Shown here: in pieces, positions 40,044-49,954 of the stretch
Numbering within the stretch: the stretch's first letter is position 1
Layout: every line of letters begins with the position of its first letter
From: Pelagomonas calceolata
Lineage: Eukaryota
DNA length: 64,000 bases
Assembly (NCBI GenBank): GCA_918797485.1
Contig: CAKKNE010000002.1
Span: 558,001-622,000 of the forward strand
Reading direction: 5' to 3'
The notes under the pieces: model-generated
Databases searched by the model: none
What the model was told of the DNA's origin: nothing
The model's input: only the letters and a program-made list of their open reading frames with translations
Program-made: the position numbers and the translations under genes

Positions 40044-40820
40044 ATGGGCCGCATGACCTACAATGCCCTCCAGCCGCCCTTCCCGGAGCACAAGCCCGAG
40101 GACCAGCCCGCGAGGCAGGCCGCTGTAGAGAATGAGCTCAAGTTCCACACCGCGCGCCTCGACGTCGCGGCGATCCAAAACTTGTATGATGTCCACGACA
40201 CGACCGAGATGCGCGAGGAGCTGCGGGCCGCGCTCAACGTCTCCGAGGCGCTGGACGCGCAGCAGCGCGAGATCGTCCAGGACTACTACTTCCACCTCTA
40301 CGCCTTCGCGAAGGCGAAGGGCTTTGACGCGAAGAAGGCCGGGACGCTGCTGAGCATCTGTCGCGAGATCTTCGACGCCGACGCGGCCACGAACGCGCCG
40401 TCGGAGTCCATGGAGAAATCCTTCGAGCGGCTCGAGGCGCAACTGCTCCGCCACGCCGAGTTCCGGCCGCCCAAAGCCCTCGACATCTTCGACGAAGGGG
40501 ACGTCCAGGAGATCATCGAGTGGATGCTGCACAACTACTTCCGCCACTACAAGCTCTACAAGGCCATCTTCACGAAGCGACGGTCCGACGTGTTTTCCCA
40601 GGCGGCGCCCTTCGCCGTCGAGGCGCCGCGGGACCCTCTACCGCTCTCGTCCTTCCTGCCGCTCCGCGTCGAAGTGGACATGCCCGAGGATGCACCGGCG
40701 CCGGCGCCGGGACCGGCGCCGGCGCCCGCCGCGGCGTTAGACACGTTCGAGGCATCGAGCGTCGCGTCGGAATGCCCGCCCGCCGAGCCGATGCCCGCGG
40801 AGGACGACGGGGAAGAGTAA
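40044..40820 (+). CDS. CFAP119: Flagellar central-pair C1a-32/CLAMP-domain protein
   Basis: DYYFHLYAFAK..GF...K.GTLLSI and IF...DV..I..W....YFRHYKLYK.IF match the family pattern from memory. Confidence 0.75.
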   Translation: MGRMTYNALQPPFPEHKPEDQPARQAAVENELKFHTARLDVAAIQNLYDVHDTTEMREELRAALNVSEALDAQQREIVQDYYFHLYAFAKAKGFDAKKAGTLLSICREIFDADAATNAPSESMEKSFERLEAQLLRHAEFRPPKALDIFDEGDVQEIIEWMLHNYFRHYKLYKAIFTKRRSDVFSQAAPFAVEAPRDPLPLSSFLPLRVEVDMPEDAPAPAPGPAPAPAAALDTFEASSVASECPPAEPMPAEDDGEE

Positions 40821-40906
40821 TTTGTAGGTCATGGTTGATGCAGGCGGCCCAACCGGCGGCACTTCCGGCGGCGGCGGAATTCAAGCTAGGTCTTGATTCT
40901 TACAAG

Positions 40907-43207
40907 CTACTCGGTCTGGCGCAATCTTCGACGGCGCTCGGCCGAGCGGATCTGCGCACGTCGCCGGTGCGCCCACGAATTCGGGTCGACGCGCGGCGCG
41001 CGGCGCGGCTTGAGCGCTTCTGCGAACTCGGCCTCGGTGGTCGACTTCGATCGCATCGTGGCCTTTGCCGCGCGCCGCTGCGGCGCGGCCCGCAGAGCCT
41101 GCCGCGCGAGTCGCGCCGCGCGTAGAGTCGCACGGATCTCGTGCGCCCGGAGGCCCGCCTGCTGCAGCGTCGCCGCGGGGATCGTCGCGAAGGCCTGGCT
41201 CGAGGCGTAGGAACCTCGCAGCCGGAGGCGTCCGGCGGCTCGGACCGCGCGCGGCGCGTCCACTCCGCCCGCCACGAGGAAGGCCAGCAGGAATCCGTCG
41301 TTCGCTTCATCTTCCTCATCGCCAGTTTCCTGCTTCTCCACGGCCGCGGCCTTCTTCTTGCGCCGCCGCGGCCCGCGGTCCGCTTCCAAAGCCGCCAGTC
41401 GCGCTTCGAGAACGCCCAAGCGACTCTTCGGCTCGTGCCTCACAGGCATCTCTGGTTCTTCCAGAGGCGGTTGCGCGTCGCTCGGCGTCGCGCCCGCAAC
41501 GAACTGCACTCTAACGACATCGCTCGAGTCGCGGAGCGACTGCGGCGTCTCGGCGCCCGGAGGGCTAAAGGCCATGGCGTCGTCGGCGTCGCGCGGGCCG
41601 CGATTCTTTCGCGCGTCCAGCGCGGCCGCCGCCAGCGAGGCCTGCCGCGTCGCGTGCAGTTCGGACGCGTCGGGCGACGGCTCGCGGATGCGAGCGCGCC
41701 GCCGACCTTTCGCGGGTGGCGTGCCGCCCGCTCTGCGGACGCGCCGCGACCGCGCGTCGTCGTCGCTCGGCGCCGGCGACTCGGTCGTCGTCTCGGCGAA
41801 GCGCGTCCGCCGGACGCGCCGGCGTGGTGGCGAGTCCTGGCCCGCGGCGAACCGAGCACGGCGCGGAGGCGAGGCCTGGCCCGGTGGTGAAGCGCCAGGG
41901 AAGCGCGTCTCGCTCTCAGAAAAACGAGCTCGTCGCGGAGGGGAGTCTTCGGCCGTCGATTGCGGCGGCGAGGCGCCCGGGAACCGAGCCGCAGGCGGCG
42001 AGTCGGAGGCGAAGCGCGTCCGTCTAGGGGGCGAGGGCTCCTCAGCGAAGCGCGCCTTGCGCGGCGGCGGGGAGTCGGCGGCCGCGAAGCGCGTTTTGCG
42101 GCGCGGCGGAGGCGAGTCGGCGGCTGCAAAGCGTGTGCGTCTCGGCTCCTCCGCGGCGGCGGCGAAGCGAGCTCTACGAGGCGGCTCCTCGGCAGCGGCC
42201 GCGAAGCGCGCCCGTCGCGGTGGATCGTCGTCGGCGGCGACGTTGCGTGCCCGCTTCGGTGGATCGGCTGAGAAACCGACTGATCGGCGCACGGGAGGGG
42301 ACTCTATCACCGATATCGGCGAAGGATCGGCGTCGACGTCGTCGCGGTCCACCTCCGGGGCCCGCGAGTCGTCTCGCCGCGGCGTCGCGATCGCCGCGTC
42401 CTCCTCGATCTCGTCGTCGTCATCGTCGTCGTCCTCGTCGTCATAATTCATCGCACCGAGTTGAGGGAGCGGAGTCGGCGGCCGCCGAGCGCGGAACTCC
42501 GACGGGGCGTCCAGCTGCGGCTCCGCGGCGAAGCGGACCGACGGCGGCGACTCCTGGTCCTTGAGGCCGCCTCCAGGCGTCCGGGGGTCGGGCGCCGCCG
42601 CGTTGTTGATGTCCGGCAGCGAAGAATCTCCTTTAAGGCCGCCTCCGGGGGTCCGGGGATCAGGGGACGCCGCCTTAGCGTTGGGCGTCCGCATGAAGTC
42701 CCGGTCCTTGCGCCGCTCGTTCCGGCCGCGCACGCGGGCTTGCAACGCCGTTGCGCTCTTGGTTTTTGATCGCGCCTCCATCGTCGCCTTGTGCCGCTTC
42801 CGCGCCGCGCGGCCGCGCTCGCACGCCTGCAAGTGCGACGCGGCCGCGGCTTCGAGTTCGGGAAAGCGCGTCTCGCCCGCGTCGAGGTCCAGGTCGCCGT
42901 AGTCCTCCTCGGCGTACGCCGGGTCGTAGACCGCGTCGTCCGACGCCGCCGTGTTCTGGCCGCCGTAGTCGTTCGCGTCGTCGGCGACGTGCTGGGAGTA
43001 GGCCGCGTCGGCGCCGTACGCGCCGCCAGCCTCGTCGGCGGGCTGCGTGTAGGCTGCTTCGTCGTACGCGCCTTCCTGCGCCCAGTCCTGGCCGCCGTAC
43101 GTTTCTTGCTGGCCGCCGTACGCGTCCTGCTGACCGCCGTAGGCGGCCTCCTGGCCGGCGTATGTGTCCTGTCCGCCGTAGGTGTCGTCTTCGGCGAAGC
43201 GGACCAT
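40907..43207 (-). CDS. Low-complexity protein with YGGQ repeats, IQ motifs and (R/K)xRF repeats
   Basis: ATG 43207 (MVRFAEDD); LQACERGRAARK and LQARVRGRNERR (IQ); repeated PP.RxRFAA units. Confidence 0.65.
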   Translation of the reverse strand: MVRFAEDDTYGGQDTYAGQEAAYGGQQDAYGGQQETYGGQDWAQEGAYDEAAYTQPADEAGGAYGADAAYSQHVADDANDYGGQNTAASDDAVYDPAYAEEDYGDLDLDAGETRFPELEAAAASHLQACERGRAARKRHKATMEARSKTKSATALQARVRGRNERRKDRDFMRTPNAKAASPDPRTPGGGLKGDSSLPDINNAAAPDPRTPGGGLKDQESPPSVRFAAEPQLDAPSEFRARRPPTPLPQLGAMNYDDEDDDDDDDEIEEDAAIATPRRDDSRAPEVDRDDVDADPSPISVIESPPVRRSVGFSADPPKRARNVAADDDPPRRARFAAAAEEPPRRARFAAAAEEPRRTRFAAADSPPPRRKTRFAAADSPPPRKARFAEEPSPPRRTRFASDSPPAARFPGASPPQSTAEDSPPRRARFSESETRFPGASPPGQASPPRRARFAAGQDSPPRRRVRRTRFAETTTESPAPSDDDARSRRVRRAGGTPPAKGRRRARIREPSPDASELHATRQASLAAAALDARKNRGPRDADDAMAFSPPGAETPQSLRDSSDVVRVQFVAGATPSDAQPPLEEPEMPVRHEPKSRLGVLEARLAALEADRGPRRRKKKAAAVEKQETGDEEDEANDGFLLAFLVAGGVDAPRAVRAAGRLRLRGSYASSQAFATIPAATLQQAGLRAHEIRATLRAARLARQALRAAPQRRAAKATMRSKSTTEAEFAEALKPRRAPRVDPNSWAHRRRAQIRSAERRRRLRQTE

Positions 43208-43622
43208 GGTGGCTTGCCTGATAGCGCAACGCCAACCCCGGCCGGTGGACACGCTTTGCCTTGCAGCACACGCAGCCCCCCGGCGCTAGTCAGTCGCGCC
43301 CGGCGCACAGGGCGTCTCTTGCAGCGCCTGAGCTTCGCCGGCCGGCTGCGCGCAGCTGAGCCTCGTCCGTGCGCTGTGTGCATCCGAGACACTAGCGTAA
43401 GCCTAGTAGCCGAACGCGGCGCAGCCAATCAAAAGTCTGAAGATCGCCTTTCTCTTTGATCCACCCCCTGGGGGCGCCTCGAGGGGCGGGATCCCAGTTT
43501 GGGCTGCCACCGCGGCCCGCGGGCGGGCAATGATCCGACGCCCCCGACGCCGTCGACGCCCAATCAAGAGATTGTTCAAACATACGGGAAATTACAGGGG
43601 AGACGTCGGGGCTAGGGATAAC

Positions 43623-44680
43623 TCAGGATACGACGCAGGCGCACTCCGAGGCGCCGACCTCCGCGCCGTCCATGGACTTGCAGGGGTCCGCGCAGGACGT
43701 CGGCTCCGGCGGCCGGGAGCACGGGTCCTCCACATCCGAAGCGTCCACCGAACAACCGGGCCCGGGCCGGCACTCGCAGGCCGTCGTCTCGGCCGCGCGC
43801 GGCCCGCCGGCGCGCTTCTTTTTGGTCGCGAAGACGCAGACGAGTAGGCGGCGGCCCCGCTTGATGGGCAGGCCCTCGTGCCTGCGTGGAAAATCAAAGT
43901 TCGGGCTGCGTCTGCGCGATGGCGTGGCGATTCCACGCCCTCAGCGCGACGTTGTCCTTGTGACCGCGTCGGCTCGATGGCGTGGCGATTCCACGCCATC
44001 GGCGCGACGTTTGTCCCCGTGACCGTGTCTGCTCGATGGCGTGGAGGTTCACGAAGGTCCACGCAATATTTCTCACGGGTAGATTTCCGCGCCGCCCCGC
44101 GCTGTAAGGTATCGGAGGGGAAGACGACCGTCGAGCCCTTGGCCGGCTTCGCGTCGAAGGACGGTTCCAACACCGAGGGAAAGAAGCGCGTGCCGCCTCC
44201 TTCAAAGTCGACGCCGGGCGTCGAGAGGAGTAATAACAAAGTAGCACCCTCCTTCCTTCCATCAGTGTGCTTCTTCAGGCCCTTCTGGCCGCCCGCGTCG
44301 TAGACGATGCAGAAGGCCCGCGCCATGGAGAACTCCAGCCTGATCTCCGGCGGCAGCTCGTCGGAGGCCCTGGAAGCCGACGCCTCGAGCGCGGCGCGGA
44401 TCTCGTCCTGCGACCGTTGCGGGAGGGAGGAGACTAGCACATCCTGGGTTGGCAGGGAGACGCCCCGGTCCGTCGTCTTGCCCGCGTCGAAGCACGCGTT
44501 GACCGCGTCTCTGGCCCGGTCGCAGGCGTCCGGCGCTAGAGCGCCGGCGATCTCGAAGACGGGCGCGCTCGACTTCGAGAGCCGCCGCAGGTGGAACTTG
44601 GGCGTGGGCTTCTCGTTGACGGGGTTCTCCTCGTCGTTCGGGAGCTCGCGCAGGGGGCGGCGGCCCCAGAGGAGGGCCAT
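43623..44680 (-). CDS. 2-oxoglutarate/Fe(II) dioxygenase (P4H/PLOD-like); exons 44680-44103 and 43881-43623
   Basis: HTD...TLLLLL...DFEGGGTRF...G..VVFP. Splicing restores L-Q-HEGLPIKRGRR (distal His and 2OG-binding Arg). The spliced product ends in CVVS. Confidence 0.85.
43882..44102 (-). mobile_element. Introner element forming a 221-bp GC-AG intron
   Basis: Minus strand: CA|GCGCGGGG CGGCGCGGAAATCT...TTGATTTTCCACGCAG|GCACGAGG. TSD 6/8, imperfect TIR matching the 8404 element, ~2.5 internal units. Phase-2 splicing rebuilds the catalytic motif. Confidence 0.88.
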
Positions 44681-45282
44681 CTCGGGTCAGGCCGGCGGGT
44701 CGCGCGCGCGGTTTTGTTTGTTAAAAGTCCTTCGGCCCAGCCCGAGCGCTGGGAGGACGGCACTGATACCGTCCGGACGCAGTCGCAGTGTGTTAAACAC
44801 GTGCGGTCACAATTTTTTGGTATCCTGAGAGCCTCCTTTCGGCCTGGGTCACTGCTTCACTACCGGCTAGGCACAGTCCGAAAGTTGGCGCTGGCGAGAA
44901 CAGGCGATCGTGCAGTGCTGCGCACACAATTTTCACAGTCACGCAACGGCCCGATACCTCAGACAAAGCCGATTTCAGGTCGGTGTGTCTGCCTGGGAGG
45001 TTGACCGACATGGGAGAACGCAAACAAATTCAAATCGTAGAGCCTCCAAGGAGCCCTGCGTTACGCGGTAGGCACCCGTTTTCGCAGCGGCGCAGCCTTC
45101 CGCTTTCGTTCGGGTCTGGCTCCTTGCTTGCCTCTCCAAAACGCCAAAATCATCGTCTAAACTAATCACAGACAAGCTTCGTAACCGTAAAAATACACGA
45201 ATTGGACCTACGCGACCCCGAGCACCAGCTCGAGTTGTAAAATCAGCGCTCCATAGCCCAATCAGCAGCGCTCCAGCCGACC

Positions 45283-45897
45283 ATGCTGCGCGCACTCGTC
45301 TTAACCAAGCTGGCCATGCACGCGAACACGCTGACACCGTCGACTAGACGACGACGACTACAAACGAGACGCCCGCTCGTCACCGAGGCCGTCGACCTCG
45401 ATGCCTGCCTCTCGAGCGACGACGCGCTCGAGCCGCTCTATGCGTCGACGCCAGAACACGGCTACGCGCGGTGCCCCGACTGCACGGCACCGGTGGACGT
45501 TGTGAGTGTCGACGCGCTGCTGTCGGCCCGCGCGTTCCACCGCGAGTGCCGGAACTACGCCGAGGCCGACTTGCTATTGGAGCAGCTGCGCGCGGTCTGT
45601 GGCGTTGTCGTTGATGATGAAAAAATGAGTTGGCGCTACTCTGACCACGCGGAAAAGCCGGCAGAGGCCGCGGAGGCCTCCCTGCCGGCGTTCGACGGCG
45701 ACTCGGCGGCGCTCGACGCGGCTCTCGTAAACGCGGTCGAGGCGATCCTGCGGCGGCGCGCCGCGGCGCAGCTGGCCAAGGACTACGTCGTCGCTGACGC
45801 GCTGCGCGACGAGCTGCGCGCGGAGTACAACGTCGCGGTGCACGACCGCGACGGTCGCTGGCGACTTCTTGAGCCGACGAAGCGAAGGCTCGTGTAA
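45283..45897 (+). CDS. Protein with two CysRS C-terminal (anticodon-binding-like) repeats and no catalytic domain
   Basis: R...R..RNYAEAD.L..QL...GVVVDD....W and RR..A...KDY..AD.LRDEL...Y.V.V.D....W. Confidence 0.65.
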   Translation: MLRALVLTKLAMHANTLTPSTRRRRLQTRRPLVTEAVDLDACLSSDDALEPLYASTPEHGYARCPDCTAPVDVVSVDALLSARAFHRECRNYAEADLLLEQLRAVCGVVVDDEKMSWRYSDHAEKPAEAAEASLPAFDGDSAALDAALVNAVEAILRRRAAAQLAKDYVVADALRDELRAEYNVAVHDRDGRWRLLEPTKRRLV

Positions 45898-46084
45898 TTC
45901 TTCTTGGTGAAAGGGCCCTGATAGGACTAGTGGGCGGAGCCCCTGGGGGGAGGAGACACCGCGCGTTTGAATCGGAGCCGCTGGCGCTAGTAGGTAAGGT
46001 GTATGCCTGGGCTTGGTGTCTCGGCTGCCCCCGCAACGCAGCCCGCGCGGTCGCGTGTACCGGCACTACAAACGCGAATTTAGC

Positions 46085-48091
46085 ATGGGGGACGATGCCA
46101 ATGGCGGCTGCTGTACCCTCAAGCGCGGCTCCGGGATCTTCATCCTCGTGCTCTCCATCCTCTCCCTCGTCGGCAGTATCATCTGCGCGGTCATCGCGGG
46201 CTTCTCGGAGATGGGCCTCTACACGGCCTTCAACTGGATCCACTTCGTCCTCCTCATTTACCTTATCTCGGCCGCTTCGGCCTACGTGTGCTGCCGAGCG
46301 TGCGGCCCCAAGATCACGGGGGGGCTCGCCGTCGGCTACTGCGTCCTCGCCTTCGTGACCTTCATCGTCCTCGCGACCGGCCAGCGGTCCGCCATCGAGC
46401 ACAATTGCGAAGGTACGGTGGAGTGCGCCTCCATCTCAGACTGGGACCATCCTGATCCCGAGTGCGGGCGCAAGACGTCGTCCTTCTCGCTGTGCTACTT
46501 GCCGGAGACGGACGACCGCCGCCGCCGTCTCGCCGCGCTAGCGTACGCTGAACCTGAAGAAGCTTCTGAGAAGAAAAAGGAGAAGACGAAGAAGACGAAG
46601 AAGAATAGAAAGAAAGACGGGGCGCCGGGGCCACGGCGCGCGCTCCAGGGCTGCTCGCTGACCGGCGACCTTTGGTCCTCTCCTAGCGGCACGACGAATC
46701 ACGGCAATTCGGACGGGTGGTGCTACAGCGAATTGGACCAGGACGTGGGCTGCACGGAGTCGCCGAGAGACTGCTGGGAGACGTGCCTTTACTACTACGG
46801 CGACGACCTCGTGGCCATCGACTGGAATGACGACGGCACCTGCTACTGCCAAAATGACTGCGAGTGCATGTCGGACGTCGGCGACGACGAAACCTACCTC
46901 ATCACGCGCGACTCGAGGGTCGGCGCGCTGCCGCACGAGTGCGACGACGGCGTCGTGACCCTCTACGAGGACAAGAGCCGCGGCGCGGGATGCGACGCGC
47001 TCGACTCTAGCGGCAATGTCGTGAACACGAACTCCGCGGACCACTGCTGCCAGGGCGAAGGCTATTGTTGCGATTACGGGTCATGCACCTCGGATTCGGA
47101 CTATTGCGGTTACCGGTTCCGCTGTGGCGGTCGTCTCTTCGTCGCCGGGCCCTCGGGGGGCACTTACTACGACGCGACGGCCTACTGCTCAAGCATAGGC
47201 GCATCGATCGCCACCATCTATAGCGCGACCGAGAACGAGCTGGCGCGCCAGGCCTGCGGCGGCTCGTCGTGCTGGATCGGCCTCGAAGAAGTCGGCGGCG
47301 ACGCGTCGACGCCCAAGGAGAGCCAGACGTGGCGGTGGATGGATGGATCGACAGCCAGTTACACGAACTGGCTGCCGAGCGAGCCGCAGAATCACGAGGG
47401 GAACGACGAGAGGAACGCCATCATGAACTGCTGCGGCACAGACGGCGTCGACGCGTCGGGCATGTGGTACGACGCGGGCGGCGGCTACGGGGCCCCGAAG
47501 CCCCTCTGCCGCACCGATGGTAGCGGTACGTACGTTGCCCCGACGTGGTACTACTCGAAGTGGGGCGACGACTGCCAGCACGGCGGCGGCGGCGGCGACG
47601 ACCACTGCCGCGTGTTCAAGACACAAGACGACTGCATCAACTATTGCAATCCGTGGGACGACGACGCCGACGAGCAGTGCGAGGACGCGGACGACCCGGA
47701 AGACTGCAACTCGATCGTTACGCACGTCAACACGGTGGCCGGCTGGTCGACGTTTTTTGTAGGGCTGGTGCTCTTCCCGACTCTCGTGTGGGTCGCGCTG
47801 CTCTTCGCCGTCCCGGACCCGCAAGCTGCTGCGCCCGTGACCGCGGTGGAGTTGCCACGCATGCAACCCCAAGTGATGATGGTATCGCCCGTATCGCCCG
47901 GGGGCGGGCAACCTCAGGTGATCATGGGCCAGCCCCAGATTGTCCAGGGGGGGCAACCTCAGGTGATCATGGGCCAGCCCCAGATGGTCCAGGGCGGGCA
48001 ACCTCAGGTGATCATGGGCCAGCAACCTCAGGTGATCATGGGCCAGCCCCAGGTTGTCCAGGGTGCCCCGTCGAAGCTCGCCGAGTTCTAG
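46085..48091 (+). CDS. Four-TM membrane protein with a large Cys-rich ectodomain containing a C-type lectin domain
   Basis: Three N-terminal hydrophobic helices and one C-terminal helix. CTL motifs A..YC...GA.IATI....EN, CWIGL, W.W.DGS...YTNW...EP.N. Cytoplasmic (QPQVIMG)n tail. Confidence 0.8.
   Translation: MGDDANGGCCTLKRGSGIFILVLSILSLVGSIICAVIAGFSEMGLYTAFNWIHFVLLIYLISAASAYVCCRACGPKITGGLAVGYCVLAFVTFIVLATGQRSAIEHNCEGTVECASISDWDHPDPECGRKTSSFSLCYLPETDDRRRRLAALAYAEPEEASEKKKEKTKKTKKNRKKDGAPGPRRALQGCSLTGDLWSSPSGTTNHGNSDGWCYSELDQDVGCTESPRDCWETCLYYYGDDLVAIDWNDDGTCYCQNDCECMSDVGDDETYLITRDSRVGALPHECDDGVVTLYEDKSRGAGCDALDSSGNVVNTNSADHCCQGEGYCCDYGSCTSDSDYCGYRFRCGGRLFVAGPSGGTYYDATAYCSSIGASIATIYSATENELARQACGGSSCWIGLEEVGGDASTPKESQTWRWMDGSTASYTNWLPSEPQNHEGNDERNAIMNCCGTDGVDASGMWYDAGGGYGAPKPLCRTDGSGTYVAPTWYYSKWGDDCQHGGGGGDDHCRVFKTQDDCINYCNPWDDDADEQCEDADDPEDCNSIVTHVNTVAGWSTFFVGLVLFPTLVWVALLFAVPDPQAAAPVTAVELPRMQPQVMMVSPVSPGGGQPQVIMGQPQIVQGGQPQVIMGQPQMVQGGQPQVIMGQQPQVIMGQPQVVQGAPSKLAEF
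47905..48064 (+). repeat. Coding tandem repeat (GGQPQVIMGQPQ) x~4
   Basis: CAACCTCAGGTGATCATGGGCCAG occurs four times. Confidence 0.9.
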
Positions 48092-48593
48092 GCCACTTCC
48101 TCGCGGCTCCCTCTCTCCCTCCCCCTTGTCCTCATGTCCAGACGGTTATCCACGTGGAGCATACTATTCGCGTCAAAGATCTACTAAGTAGACAAATTGC
48201 AGACTTGGAGTTTAGACGATGGCGCACGCCGTCGGAAGCTGTGTGTGGGGGGGCGGCGTCGGTGGCTCCGGGACTAATGTGCCCGATGGTGGCCAAATTT
48301 TTTTCAATCCCCGGGGATCGGTCCGGGGAGTCGTTCCCTTGTGTAGACGGGCGTGGATTATGGCCGGGGTGATTGGTGATTGCAGCAACTCTAGAGAGCA
48401 AACTCTTGGGCTTCAGTGTCAAAACATTTAGCGCAAAGAGCAAAGGAGATCGCCGCGCGGGCCTCGCTCGTGCACTGGTCTCGTTTAACTCCAAAAAACC
48501 AGGCGTGAGTCGCGCGCGCTGTGGGGCATCGCTCCTGAATTCTCAGGACAAGTTAGGCCAACCAGGCGAGCATATTGCCGGGAACCACGAGCG

Positions 48594-49427
48594 ATGTTGG
48601 CGCCGCGCCTCCCAGTAACGGCGCGTGACGAAGCCGAGCCTTCGCCAGACGCCGCAGAGCGCATCGAGGCCGTCGCAAAATCCGAGCCGAGCTTCCTGCC
48701 GCGGGCCGACTACGTCAGCGCAACGCAATCAAACGGCATGACCGTCGCGTCGAGAGAGAAGATCGTCGGCTGGTACGAGCAGATGGGCGCCGCCTTCGGC
48801 CTCGGCGACCACCTCCTCGACCTCGCGACGAACTACCTCGACCGCGCCCTCTCGGCGCGGTCGGTGAGCGCCGACGAGTTCCGGAGGGACGCCGTCGCCG
48901 CCATCTACCTCGCGGCCAAGGTCGAAGGCGCCGCCGCGTTCAAGGCCGCCGACGTCGCCGCGCTCACCCGCGGGAATGTCACCGCGGAGGACCTGATCGC
49001 GGCCGAGGCTGACCTCGTAAAAACGCTCCAGTGGCGCACGCACGCGCCGACCGTCGCCGTCGCGGTGCTTGACGCGATCACGTTCCACGAGGTCTCCGTC
49101 GCCGACGAGGTCTCGGCGTTTGCCCGCGCGGCGCGCACGTCCTACGAGCTCGTCGGCGCGCCGCCCACGCTTGTGGCGGCTGCATGCGTCGTCGCAGCGT
49201 CACCGAACGCGCGCGCGGTCGCCGAGGCCGCGTCCCAACTCGACACGCCCTGGGGCGGCTCGCCGTCGCGGGTCCAGGCCGCCGCGGCCCTCCTGCGCGC
49301 GGCGCGCGCCAAGCGGGCCGCCGCGCGCGCGGGAGTCGCGTTCGTGCCGGTGGAGACGCCCGACGACTGCGCGACGGTCACGCCCGACCCGCCGACGCGG
49401 TCGCCTTCCCCCTACTCGAAGCACTGA
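48594..49427 (+). CDS. Cyclin (cyclin-box N domain; D-like/stramenopile-expanded type)
   Basis: REKIVGW......FGL.....LATNYLDR.LS, AAIYLAAKVE, E..LV.TLQWR...PT. Confidence 0.85.
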   Translation: MLAPRLPVTARDEAEPSPDAAERIEAVAKSEPSFLPRADYVSATQSNGMTVASREKIVGWYEQMGAAFGLGDHLLDLATNYLDRALSARSVSADEFRRDAVAAIYLAAKVEGAAAFKAADVAALTRGNVTAEDLIAAEADLVKTLQWRTHAPTVAVAVLDAITFHEVSVADEVSAFARAARTSYELVGAPPTLVAAACVVAASPNARAVAEAASQLDTPWGGSPSRVQAAAALLRAARAKRAAARAGVAFVPVETPDDCATVTPDPPTRSPSPYSKH

Positions 49428-49468
49428 GCTGACTGCGCGACGGTCACGCCCGACCCGCCGACGCGGTC
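49365..49468 (+). repeat. 38-bp direct duplication spanning the cyclin stop codon
   Basis: GACTGCGCGACGGTCACGCCCGACCCGCCGACGCGGTC at 49365-49402 and 49431-49468. Confidence 0.95.
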
Positions 49469-49954
49469 CTCCTGAGCTGTCCGACCTCCCTACCACCACG
49501 ATCCTTTGACTGTTCCACTTGTTTGGTTCCACTTGTTTGGTTCCGCTCGCGCCCGACGAGACGTCGGCGCGCCCGGCCCCCGCCGCCTCTCAGAGGCGGC
49601 GGCGCAGCCCTGTTCGGGTCCCTTTGTCTGAGTTCTTTCTACTAACCTTACTATTATTTCAACATATCTATTCTATTCTATTCCGATTTGCTCCAGCGGC
49701 AAAAACCCGTTTAGTAGAATTGAATTTTTGAATTTAGCCTCTCAACGCGCGAGAGCGACGGCGCGCGAGACGGCCAACACGCTCTTACATAGGCACGCAG
49801 CAGCAAGCGCAGCAGCTCTGTGACCGCCACCCAGCGGCCAGCCAAAAGAAACCGCGCAAAGTGCAGCACTAGCGGAGTACAGCAGCCCTCGCCGCGCTAC
49901 ATGTCCACAGCGGCACCGCAACCCTCTCCGCGCGTCACGCCGGACAAGGAGCCC

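Noticed and set aside
43592..43881. C-terminus of the listed 362-aa ORF (…HAGTRACPSSG…)
   Set aside because: It is read-through of the intron into the wrong frame; the spliced frame carries the HEGLPI..G.R motif.
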